DNA of 32,000 nucleotides. It comes from an uncultured Nitrososphaerota archaeon (GTDB taxonomy: Archaea; Korarchaeota; Korarchaeia; Korarchaeales; Korarchaeaceae). This document shows, piece by piece, positions 16,574-24,925 of this stretch. Position numbers and translations under genes: made by a program. The stretch is taken from contig CAYZRF010000009.1 of assembly GCA_964480775.1 (NCBI GenBank), positions 1-32,000 on the forward strand, written 5' to 3'. A model generated the notes under the pieces. That model was not told where the DNA came from. It ran no database searches and saw nothing but the letters and a program-made list of their open reading frames with translations. Position 1 is the first letter of the stretch. Every line of letters starts with the position of its first letter.

Positions 16574-17953
16574 TTAAGGTTTACTTACGCCTAATTCCTC
16601 TAATTCCTTCCAAACCCTTTCATATATGGCGAGCCAGTCTGGAACTGGTTTAAGAGTTACCAGGTTAGTGAGCTCCTTAAAACTGCGTCCCTTTGGAGGA
16701 TCCCTTAACCTTCCCTCGTACTTTGGTAAGAGCTCCTTAACGACATAGTTAACATCGGAGAGCTTCATTCCGGCAGATGCTTTCAATATTTCTGCGCAGA
16801 ACTTATTCTCAAGCCCACTACAATAATTAGGATATTTACATGCAGCTGGTCTTGTTCCGATCACGATAGCAGCCCCAGATACTGCTTCGGCGAGGGAGAT
16901 GCAAGCTGTCTCATACAAGATCATATCAGTTCCTGGACCAGCCACCTGACTGGTTATTCCTAGAACCATTGAGCGGCTGTTTCTAGATTTGGCTTGATTA
17001 GCTACGCTCGTAGCCCAAAGAGCTTCCCTTCCGCAGTTTCCAAAGTATCTTCCATCTAATATTGTGCTCTCTATAACAGTTGGTTGCATTGATGCTGCCT
17101 GTAGGATGTGGGCTGCAATTGCGCCTAAGGCTGCCCCTTCAGGAGGGCCGAAATATCCACCTATAGTTGTCATGTGCCCTGCTTCAATTGAAGTACCTGT
17201 AATCAGGGCAACGGCTACTCTGTGCAATATCCTATGTGGTAGGGTGATGGGCTCAGGTATTAGACATATGGCAAGCGTGCACTCTGGCTCAAATCCCCCT
17301 GGTAGGAAACCTCCGAAGAAGCCATACTCTGTAGGTGCTCCTTCAACCCCAAACACAGGCATTCCAGGCCTTCCAGCCCTATGAAGGGCCTCTTTAACAA
17401 GCTTTGCCTCGTAAAATCCCGCCAGGGTCTCATAGGGCGTCCTTGATCTAACCTCCCTTCCGTGAAGCCTGTCTAGACAGGCACCTAGAAGCATGTCCAC
17501 AACCCTGTATTGGGCGATTGACTGACAGATTGGGACATAAAGCTCCTCTGAGACAGAGAGCCCTAGAGCAGACATGGCTGCTATAGGAGGACTCGGGTCC
17601 TCGGGCACCCTGACCTTGATAGTGATCCTATCCTTTCCCTTTCCCAATGAGACCTCGGATACTGCATTTTTTAGCGCTTCCTCTATCTCCTCTTCGGTGA
17701 ACTTGACAATTCTCTCAGTCTCAGGGCAGAACATTCCCAGCTCAACCGCAAGAGAGAAACCTGCCTCCCAGAACTCATCAGCTAAACTGAGATCCATGTT
17801 TATGGGATTGTTTGGATCGAACGTCCTCTCTAACCCGTGATCCTTTAATACCCTCATGGTTGTTCTGGGAACTAACTTGTAGTCCCACTCCTTTCTTGAG
17901 ATGGGAGGTCCTATTAGGGTCCTGTCCATAACCTCTAACAGCTTCGATACCAT
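16574..17953 (-). CDS. MtmB-family (monomethylamine methyltransferase-like) MT1 protein lacking a pyrrolysine codon
   Basis: 459 aa from ATG 17953, with GGAGGTGA at 17962..17969. The ORF track starts at GTG 17971 and gives 465 aa. The protein is colinear end to end with Methanosarcina MtmB as I recall it: KEWDYKL, CPETERIVKFTEEEIEEAL, HRAGRPGMPVFG, GGYFGPPEG, VAGPGTDMILYE, SGLENKF and KGRSFKELTNLVTLKP. There is no in-frame TAG. Confidence 0.8.
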   Translation of the reverse strand: MVSKLLEVMDRTLIGPPISRKEWDYKLVPRTTMRVLKDHGLERTFDPNNPINMDLSLADEFWEAGFSLAVELGMFCPETERIVKFTEEEIEEALKNAVSEVSLGKGKDRITIKVRVPEDPSPPIAAMSALGLSVSEELYVPICQSIAQYRVVDMLLGACLDRLHGREVRSRTPYETLAGFYEAKLVKEALHRAGRPGMPVFGVEGAPTEYGFFGGFLPGGFEPECTLAICLIPEPITLPHRILHRVAVALITGTSIEAGHMTTIGGYFGPPEGAALGAIAAHILQAASMQPTVIESTILDGRYFGNCGREALWATSVANQAKSRNSRSMVLGITSQVAGPGTDMILYETACISLAEAVSGAAIVIGTRPAACKYPNYCSGLENKFCAEILKASAGMKLSDVNYVVKELLPKYEGRLRDPPKGRSFKELTNLVTLKPVPDWLAIYERVWKELEELGVSKP

Positions 17954-17961
17954 TGAATTGG

Positions 17962-18651
17962 TCACCTCCACTCCCCAACTAGAACGGGCTTCTCAACCTC
18001 CTTTCCTCTTTCCTTCAATAGGTTACAGAGCTTTACAGCACCTTCCGCGTCCTTAGCCCATCCATCTGCCCCTATCTCCTTAGCCCACTCTGGATAGACT
18101 GCTGCTCCACCGACTATGACGTAATATTTGTCTCTGATTCCCATGTCCACTAGTCTCTGAATTACATCCCTCATGTAAAACATGGAAGGGCTCAATAGAC
18201 ACGAAATCGCAATGAAATCAGCCTCCGCCCTCTCAGCTTCCTCCACAAACTTCCTAGGTTCAACGTCAGATCCAAGGTCGAATACCTCATAGCCATTTGC
18301 CCTAAGCAAGGATGCTACTATGTTCTTCCCAATGTCGTGGATATCCCCGTAAATCGTCCCTATGACAACTTTTCCTTTCCTGAATTCCTGAGCTCTTTCA
18401 CTTAACTTTGGAATTATGATGTTTAAGGCTGCATAAGCTGTATCTGCTGCTAATACCAAATCAGGTAGGAATAGCTCTAACTTCTCGTATTTCTCCCCAA
18501 CTGTATCAAGGCCCTTCTTTAATCCCTCATTTATTATCTCTAGCGGGTCTATTCCTGCTTCAAGCGCTCTTTTAGTTGCTTCTTTTATGCCTTCTTCATC
18601 ACCATTAACAACCAAGTCTTTTAATCGATCTAGCAGTTCCTGCTTTCCCAT
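17962..18651 (-). CDS. Cobalamin-binding corrinoid protein (MtmC/MtbC/MtaC-like)
   Basis: 229 aa. It has an N-terminal helical cap domain and a C-terminal B12-binding Rossmann domain. The lower-ligand motif is D-I-H-D-I-G-K-N (18328..18345), followed by LG and GGA segments. Confidence 0.9.
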   Translation of the reverse strand: MGKQELLDRLKDLVVNGDEEGIKEATKRALEAGIDPLEIINEGLKKGLDTVGEKYEKLELFLPDLVLAADTAYAALNIIIPKLSERAQEFRKGKVVIGTIYGDIHDIGKNIVASLLRANGYEVFDLGSDVEPRKFVEEAERAEADFIAISCLLSPSMFYMRDVIQRLVDMGIRDKYYVIVGGAAVYPEWAKEIGADGWAKDAEGAVKLCNLLKERGKEVEKPVLVGEWR

Positions 18652-18670
18652 ATTCCCCTTATAGGCGGCT

Positions 18671-18684
18671 AAAAAATAAAAATA
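18671..18684 (-). promoter_or_regulatory. TATA-like A/T box upstream of the corrinoid methyltransferase operon
   Basis: The minus strand reads tatttttatttttt, centred about 27 nt upstream of ATG 18651. This is the only A/T-rich box in the 86-nt spacer after the upstream gene. Confidence 0.3.
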
Positions 18685-18737
18685 GGATTAAGTGCAGAAA
18701 CCGAGATATGAGCCTTCTTAATACCTTGATTTTCAAT

Positions 18738-19409
18738 TTAGATAGTTGGAAGGTAAATGGACCCTATCAGATAGATTAATGTGGGTATTGCGACAATAAA
18801 AGTCGCTTTATAGTAAGATAGATTGTGTTCTTCCTTAACAGCTAGGACAGAGAGAGCCAGAAACCAGATTAACATTACCAAACCGAAGATCCTGTTTATG
18901 GCCATGCCTACCTCGGTTGGCTTAGTAGCCATCAAGTTCTTTAAGAACTCAGCTTTTTCAGCAGAACTCATACTTTCAATAGGGATATCAGGAATTTTTG
19001 GAGAATACAGAGCCATAGCTAGCAAATTTGATGCTGAAGAGAAAATTTGGGGGGTGCGACACCAACCAATAAGTTCTAAAAGCTTTTCAAATGTACCTGA
19101 TCCCTTTATAGCCTTAGCAATTAGGTGAAAAACTCCAGAGATTACGAACCAAGCTGTAAATGAGAAAATAAGGGTTCCATACACAAGTCGGATTCCAGAA
19201 AAGCCCTCTAATCCAACTTCGCTTGGATCAATTTGCATTATATCGAGAATTTTCATAACAGAGATGAAGGTTGCCAGCCCAGTCAGCAGACCTTGAGATA
19301 GAATTATGACAAATGGCCCCAGGAGAGAGAGTTTCCCTTCCTTCATTTCCTTCAAAGTTGGTACAGGTCTTAGGATGATGCCCTTGATTTTCACCAAGAT
19401 CCTCAGCAT
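18738..19409 (-). CDS. Yip1-like integral membrane protein (5 TM)
   Basis: 223 aa. A short soluble N-terminus (ILRPVPTLKEM) is followed by five hydrophobic segments, the layout of Yip1-domain proteins. The family assignment is tentative. Confidence 0.5.
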   Translation of the reverse strand: MLRILVKIKGIILRPVPTLKEMKEGKLSLLGPFVIILSQGLLTGLATFISVMKILDIMQIDPSEVGLEGFSGIRLVYGTLIFSFTAWFVISGVFHLIAKAIKGSGTFEKLLELIGWCRTPQIFSSASNLLAMALYSPKIPDIPIESMSSAEKAEFLKNLMATKPTEVGMAINRIFGLVMLIWFLALSVLAVKEEHNLSYYKATFIVAIPTLIYLIGSIYLPTI

Positions 19410-19510
19410 CTCTCATAGTGAGTGAGGGGTGCTATTAATGGTTGCTCTTCCAGACTCGTGAGGTGATAAATGTTTATTCTGATCAAAGCTGTCATTGAGA
19501 ACTCGTTAGG

Positions 19511-21514
19511 TTACGTTTGGTAAGGAGATTTTGAGGGTTTTTTGTTGTATGTTCTAAGTTCGATTGCAGTTGGTATTGAAAAGACAAAAGCTACCAAAGC
19601 CAGCCATCCAGAGATGTTTGATTCAACAATCTCTGCATTGAGAATTTTTTCCCACGAAATCTCATTTATTTGGCCGTCTTTCCCTATTTTGATCGTTGCT
19701 ACATTCTCATAAACTCTCTCTTGCCAAGTTCCCAAATGATACAACCAGATTTTGAGGGAAATTCCTCCCTCTGTTATCCCGCTGTGACGCATAACCTCCT
19801 CTAAACTCTCTACATAAATGTTTGAAACTATCTGATCAGATTCCACCTCCGATTCTCCTGAGGAAATTTCAACCACGTCTACGCTCAAAACCCAACGGAC
19901 TTTGATCTCATGGGCTTCATCTCGCTGTTTAACCCAAATCTCAATGCTTGAAGGCCTTCCAACTACCCTCAAATTTGAGGGCTCAGTCCTATGACAGCCG
20001 CAGGAATATTGAGGAAACTCCACGAAAGTTCCGTCCGGCCATCTAACAACCACTTGAGCTTTCCAGCTTGGAATTGAGAGAGAAAACCAAAGTATGGACA
20101 TACAAGTTAAGGCAAAGAGAATGATCGCTAGATAACGCTTGCCTTTTGACCATATAGCTGCTGATACTAAGACAAATGGGAAGCAAAAGAAGGCCTTTAG
20201 AGGATCCGATCTCGCCAAACAAAGCGAGGCTATTGCTCCCATCGAAAATATTAAGGTGAGACGGGAATTGAATGACCTAACTTTTTCTAAATCCAAGAAC
20301 GGAATAATTACTCCTGCCGCTCCTAGAGAAGCTCTAATCAGCACAGGAGTGTCGTAACTAGTTGCTAAGAAATATGTCCCCAGAGACAATAGCAAGATGC
20401 CTGATATCAGGTCAATAATAGTTACCTTTGTTCCTATCCATCTCTTCATTGTTCTTGACTTTAATCCTGCCCAAACGCTAAGTAATATGGCAATTAAAGG
20501 CGAGATGAATACAGAGTTGTAAAGAATGAGTGCTAGAAAGGCTCTAGTCTTATTAATGCCGACTAAGAATGAGGAAGCAAGAAGATAAGGTCCCATGGAG
20601 CAAGGAAGTAATGTAAAGCTAACCAAGGCTCCTAAGGTAATTGCCTCAACGGAGCTTGCAGAACCCTCAAAGACCTCAAATCTTCTAATAGTGATTTTTC
20701 TCAGAGGCTTAGGCAAAGGAGCCCTATGAATCCCTGATTGAAAGTTTCTCAACTCGAAAACGCCTAGAGCTATGAGGGCAGCACTGAAGAGGGGGATGAG
20801 GGTCCTCAGAAGGGAGGCAATGGTCAGGAGCCCCAGACCCAGAAGGAAGTAACATAGATAAACTGTGGCGATAAAGGCAACACCTGACCTAAGCGCTCTT
20901 CTCCTTCCACCAGAAGCCATAGAGAGGACCAAAAGGGTAGCAAATACCACGAAAGTGCAGGGGTTCACTGAATCCGCAGCCGCTAAAATAAAGAACTCTT
21001 TAAGCTCAAATTGAATTGAAGATGGCTTTGATTTGAAAATTTCCTCTAATCTCTTAACTTCTTCTCCTTCTAGATATCTTAGCTCATGTTCTTTGTAAGA
21101 AACTAACACAGATCCAGGACTTATCCTTCCTTCTAGTGAACTTAGGAATTCTTGGTCATGATAACCAGCCAAGATTGCCACAAGACTGTCCTGAGAAAAG
21201 ACTACAACTAAAGGAGCTGCTCGAACCCCTTGAGGAAAGGCAAGTTCATAGATCTCATCTACTATGGCGGCTATTTCAGCTCCTTCTGGACCAGATAACT
21301 CATAGAAAACAATTGATTCATTTCCGAATAGTTCTGATATGGTTTTAAGCTCCGACCCGCACTCAGAGCATCCAATTGTTCCGTATACAACAAAAGTCAA
21401 ATTAGGCTGTGCATAAATGGAAGCCAGTTGTGTTGAAAAAACCATGGCTATTAGCAAAGCAACTAAGATCTTCATCAAGATTAAGCTTGCGATCCTTCTT
21501 TTTTTGCCTTTCAA
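19511..21514 (-). CDS. Multidomain membrane thiol:disulfide oxidoreductase: thioredoxin-like CxxC domain + DsbD/CcdA transmembrane core + extra TM segments and a C-terminal extracytoplasmic domain
   Basis: 667 aa. The signal/anchor is followed by a CxxC motif (YGTIGCSECG). The two DsbD-core half-motifs are ADSVNPCTFVVF and FTLLPCSMGPY. About 3 further TM segments follow, then a soluble region of about 160 aa, then a final TM. TTG start; an alternative ATG at 21475 gives MKILVALL. Confidence 0.75.
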   Translation of the reverse strand: MKGKKRRIASLILMKILVALLIAMVFSTQLASIYAQPNLTFVVYGTIGCSECGSELKTISELFGNESIVFYELSGPEGAEIAAIVDEIYELAFPQGVRAAPLVVVFSQDSLVAILAGYHDQEFLSSLEGRISPGSVLVSYKEHELRYLEGEEVKRLEEIFKSKPSSIQFELKEFFILAAADSVNPCTFVVFATLLVLSMASGGRRRALRSGVAFIATVYLCYFLLGLGLLTIASLLRTLIPLFSAALIALGVFELRNFQSGIHRAPLPKPLRKITIRRFEVFEGSASSVEAITLGALVSFTLLPCSMGPYLLASSFLVGINKTRAFLALILYNSVFISPLIAILLSVWAGLKSRTMKRWIGTKVTIIDLISGILLLSLGTYFLATSYDTPVLIRASLGAAGVIIPFLDLEKVRSFNSRLTLIFSMGAIASLCLARSDPLKAFFCFPFVLVSAAIWSKGKRYLAIILFALTCMSILWFSLSIPSWKAQVVVRWPDGTFVEFPQYSCGCHRTEPSNLRVVGRPSSIEIWVKQRDEAHEIKVRWVLSVDVVEISSGESEVESDQIVSNIYVESLEEVMRHSGITEGGISLKIWLYHLGTWQERVYENVATIKIGKDGQINEISWEKILNAEIVESNISGWLALVAFVFSIPTAIELRTYNKKPSKSPYQT

Positions 21515-21637
21515 AGGGTCCTCTGTTTGTTTTAGAGTTGGAAATAATATAGGGTTTTCCCATTAAGAGGGTCAAAGTGATAGGTCTTAAGAGTAAGCCC
21601 ATGTTAGATCTTAACTCGACAAAGGGAGGAATACCAC

Positions 21638-22456
21638 ATGTCTAGATTTGAAAGCTTTTACAAGCTATTTAACACAAAAAAGCCAATCATAGGAATGGTC
21701 CATCTGCCGCCTCTCCCAGGCTCACCCCGATACAACGGGGATATGGAAGGTTTGATCAAAAGGGCCGTCTCAGATGCTAGGGCTCTTGAGGATGGGGGGG
21801 TAAATGGACTGATTGTGGAGAACTATGGCGATAAGCCTTTTAGAAGAGATAAAGTCGGACCCGAAACAGTTTCTGCAATGACTTTAGTTCTGAAGAGCGT
21901 GTTAGAGGCAACATCTCTGCCAGTCGGAGTTAATGTGCTTAGAAGCGATTGTGTCTCTGCTCTAGCTATAGCTTCAGTAACTGGAGCAAAGTTCATCAGG
22001 TGTAATGTTTTTACCGATACCTTGGTCACGGATCAAGGCATTATTCAGCCCTGTGCATGGGAAGTCTTGAACTTAAGGGCGTTTCTCAAATCTAAGGTCA
22101 TGGTGTTCGCTGATGTTCTTAGCAAACATGCTAGGCCCTTAGTCCACCTGACAATAGAGGAATCAGCAAGAGCTGCCGCCTATAGAGGAATGGCCGACGC
22201 CATAATAGTAACTGGAACGGAGACCGGGGTTAGTCCGGATCCTGAGAGGGTTAAGAGGATTAAGGAGGCTGTTTCGGATGTTCCGCTCCTAATTGGAAGT
22301 GGTCTCAACCCAGATAACGCTGTAACACTGTTAAAACATGCAGATGGGGCTATCGTTGGCACATATTTCAAGGAAAAAGGTTTTGTAGAAAATAAAGTCG
22401 ACACGGAGAGGGTAAGAACCCTCATAAAAACCATAAAGATGCTCGATCATAGGTGA
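21638..22456 (+). CDS. BtpA/SgcQ-family TIM-barrel protein
   Basis: 272 aa. The family-typical N-terminus is KPIIGMVHLPPLPGSPRY. GLIVENYGD and the C-terminal GADGAIVGT-like segment (HADGAIVGTYFK) are also present. Confidence 0.8.
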   Translation: MSRFESFYKLFNTKKPIIGMVHLPPLPGSPRYNGDMEGLIKRAVSDARALEDGGVNGLIVENYGDKPFRRDKVGPETVSAMTLVLKSVLEATSLPVGVNVLRSDCVSALAIASVTGAKFIRCNVFTDTLVTDQGIIQPCAWEVLNLRAFLKSKVMVFADVLSKHARPLVHLTIEESARAAAYRGMADAIIVTGTETGVSPDPERVKRIKEAVSDVPLLIGSGLNPDNAVTLLKHADGAIVGTYFKEKGFVENKVDTERVRTLIKTIKMLDHR

Positions 22457-22460
22457 GTGA

Positions 22461-23816
22461 ATGGATCTCCTGAATGGAGACTGGTGGAAAGCTGGCGCTG
22501 GCCCTGGAGGTTTGTGTCTAAATGGTCTAAAGGCCATCATTACTATGGAACCCTCAAATCCGATTATTTGGAATGGTCACATTTGTGTCGAGGATGGATT
22601 GATAAAGAGCATAGGTGTTGGTAAGGGACCAAGGGCAGAGGTAGAAATAGAGACTCATGGGAAGGTAGCTATTCCTGGCATGATAGATCTCCACTCCCAT
22701 TCTACTCAATCTTTTCTAAGGGGTGTATTCGATGAGATATGCCTCATGGAGTGGTTAAACGAAACCGATGTATCCTATTCGAGAGCAAAAAGAGAATTGC
22801 TTGAAATATCATCTACGATCTCTTTTCTCGAAAGATTGAAGGGAGGAGTCACCACAGTAGTGGATATGGAGCCCTTTCCCGAGATAATTGCTCGAGCTTC
22901 TGAAAAGATTGGTTTGAGGACCGAAATCTCCGTTCTGATGGCTGATACCCCAGAACTTCCTAGTCAAGAGGTTTCATCGCTAGAACAGGAGTTGAAAAAG
23001 GCTAAAAGTGCTATACAAAAGTTTCAGAGAAATCAAAAGTTATGGGTATCTCTAGCTCCCGTAGGTTTTCCTGCAGCCTCAAATGAACTTTTTAAGAGAT
23101 CTGCAGAACTCGCAAAGGAAAAAGGACTAAGGCTCCATACTCATGTTGCTGAGAGCAGAATAAACGCAAACCTATGCAAGAGAAGAAATAGGAGGAGCGA
23201 AATTGAGCTTCTAGAGGATCTTGGATTCTTAGGTCCAAAAACTCAACTTGCCCATGCTATCTGGATAAGCGAGACGGATATCGAGACTCTTTCAAAATAT
23301 AGAACTGCAGTCGTTCATTGCCCTTCAAGCAACCTGAAGCTCGCAGCAGGCGTGTCGAAAGTACCTGAGATGATAAAAATGGGAGTTAAAGTTGGACTTG
23401 GGCTTGATGGAGCAGCTAGCAACTCCAGCCAAGATATGTTCCAAGAGATGAGAATCGCATCAACATTACATAAAGGGGTTAAAGGAAATCCAAAAGCCGT
23501 GAAAGCCGAAGAAGCACTTAATATGACGACTGTACAAGCTGCAAAAATACTTAGACTTGAAAAAACGTTAGGAAAGATATCTCCTGGCTATTGGGCTGAT
23601 TTTTCTCTAATTGATGTGTCACAACCCAGGTACTTACCAATAGAGGCCATAAGGTCGCACATAGTTTATTCAGCCCAAGCTTCCGATGTTTTCGGTGTAA
23701 TAGTTGGGGGAGAAGTTCTTGTTTGGGAAAGAACGCACACCAGTTTTGACGAAACTTCCCTCTTAAAGAGAGCAGGTGAACTTTTCTCAGAGTTCCTGAA
23801 CGGTGTGCTCCTTTGA
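22461..23816 (+). CDS. Metal-dependent amidohydrolase of the MtaD/SsnA/chlorohydrolase (nucleobase/nucleoside deaminase-like) group
   Basis: 451 aa. Metal ligands: IPGMIDLHSHS (HxH), RLHTHVAES, LAHAIW and GLDGAASN. It starts 4 nt after the btpA stop. Confidence 0.85.
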   Translation: MDLLNGDWWKAGAGPGGLCLNGLKAIITMEPSNPIIWNGHICVEDGLIKSIGVGKGPRAEVEIETHGKVAIPGMIDLHSHSTQSFLRGVFDEICLMEWLNETDVSYSRAKRELLEISSTISFLERLKGGVTTVVDMEPFPEIIARASEKIGLRTEISVLMADTPELPSQEVSSLEQELKKAKSAIQKFQRNQKLWVSLAPVGFPAASNELFKRSAELAKEKGLRLHTHVAESRINANLCKRRNRRSEIELLEDLGFLGPKTQLAHAIWISETDIETLSKYRTAVVHCPSSNLKLAAGVSKVPEMIKMGVKVGLGLDGAASNSSQDMFQEMRIASTLHKGVKGNPKAVKAEEALNMTTVQAAKILRLEKTLGKISPGYWADFSLIDVSQPRYLPIEAIRSHIVYSAQASDVFGVIVGGEVLVWERTHTSFDETSLLKRAGELFSEFLNGVLL

Positions 23817-24925
23817 TCTCAAGGAAAAAGTTTACGTCACTGTACATTTCGACTTTTCTATTGACAACAGGCGTGGGAGCAACTATTCCAGCCCTAGCTC
23901 AAAAGGTCTACCTAATATCTTCATCAGACGAACTTGTCTCGCTAGTGATTGGAACTTGGGGTCTCTCTTACACAATATTGAGCGCTCTTTCTGGTTATTT
24001 AATTAACTTTTTTGGAAGAAAAGGGGTTTCTTTCCTTGGTTTGCTAGGTGCGTCTGTTTCTGGTATTATAATGGAGTTATCTAACTCTGTATCTGCGCTT
24101 GCCTCATCAAGATTCCTTACAGGGGCTTCTGAAGCTCTTGTCCTTAATTCTTTCATCACTATAACCTCTTTTGAATCCTTAGAAAAGAGAGAAGGCTGTC
24201 TTGGTCTACTGTATGCTTCTATGGGTCTTGGATTGTTCTCGGGACCTTTTTTCTACTCTTACTTCTTGGGATCAGATCCCAAAAAAGGCTTTTTCTTGTT
24301 GATTCTTCTTCCTCTTATGTCAATACTCCTTCTTCCATCATATCAAGAGGGATTTTCAATGGATAGGTCGTCTCACCCTAACTTAAGAAAAGTAGCTATC
24401 CCTTTAACTGTGTCTCTACTAATAGGGGCATTGGAAGGATATTTTCAAGGGTCGGGAGTGAGCCTTGTTAGAGCTTGGGGGCATGATCCCTCGGATTTTG
24501 GAAAGATTTTGTCCCTCTATTTTGCGTTTAGCATTGTCGTCCAAGGCACGATGCCCTTCTTGACCAAAGTTTTTAGGGCGGATAGCTGGGCAGTTAGCTT
24601 TTCTATATGGACAATCTTCACATCGAGCCTGCTCATCGAGTTAAGGTCCAAAAAATTTCCTTTCTTATTCTCTGGCTTATTTGGGGCTTCTATTGCCGTT
24701 TGTAGCGTAGCTTTAACTTCATTATTATCTGAATTAACTACAGAGAAGGAAAGAGCATTTGCTATAGGGATGTCGAGTTCAACTTATTCACTGGGCTACT
24801 TTATTTCTCCTATTTTCGTCTTTATATTCAAAAATCAGGTTTTTGGAGTGTTCTTTATGTCTATACTACTTTTTCTCTTAGCAGCAATCATTAGATTTCC
24901 GTTAAGACCTTCTAACGAGATTTAA
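23813..24925 (+). CDS. MFS-type transporter
   Basis: 370 aa with 10-12 hydrophobic segments. The TTG start overlaps the amidohydrolase stop (TTGA). A motif-A-like loop is GYLINFFGRKG. Confidence 0.7.
   Translation: MISRKKFTSLYISTFLLTTGVGATIPALAQKVYLISSSDELVSLVIGTWGLSYTILSALSGYLINFFGRKGVSFLGLLGASVSGIIMELSNSVSALASSRFLTGASEALVLNSFITITSFESLEKREGCLGLLYASMGLGLFSGPFFYSYFLGSDPKKGFFLLILLPLMSILLLPSYQEGFSMDRSSHPNLRKVAIPLTVSLLIGALEGYFQGSGVSLVRAWGHDPSDFGKILSLYFAFSIVVQGTMPFLTKVFRADSWAVSFSIWTIFTSSLLIELRSKKFPFLFSGLFGASIAVCSVALTSLLSELTTEKERAFAIGMSSSTYSLGYFISPIFVFIFKNQVFGVFFMSILLFLLAAIIRFPLRPSNEI

Noticed and set aside
16574-17971. I looked for an in-frame TAG (pyrrolysine) or a split ORF in the MtmB-like gene
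   Set aside because: The frame is continuous across the conserved RPGM-x-V block and no TAG is present. The gene is therefore reported as Pyl-free rather than as a recoded gene.
19950-20040. A C-G-C-H tetrad in the C-terminal domain of the DsbD-like protein, considered as a possible heme c attachment site
   Set aside because: Heme c attachment needs CxxCH and this is CxCH. No cytochrome c maturation genes are in view. The tetrad is kept only as a note within the fusion-protein finding.
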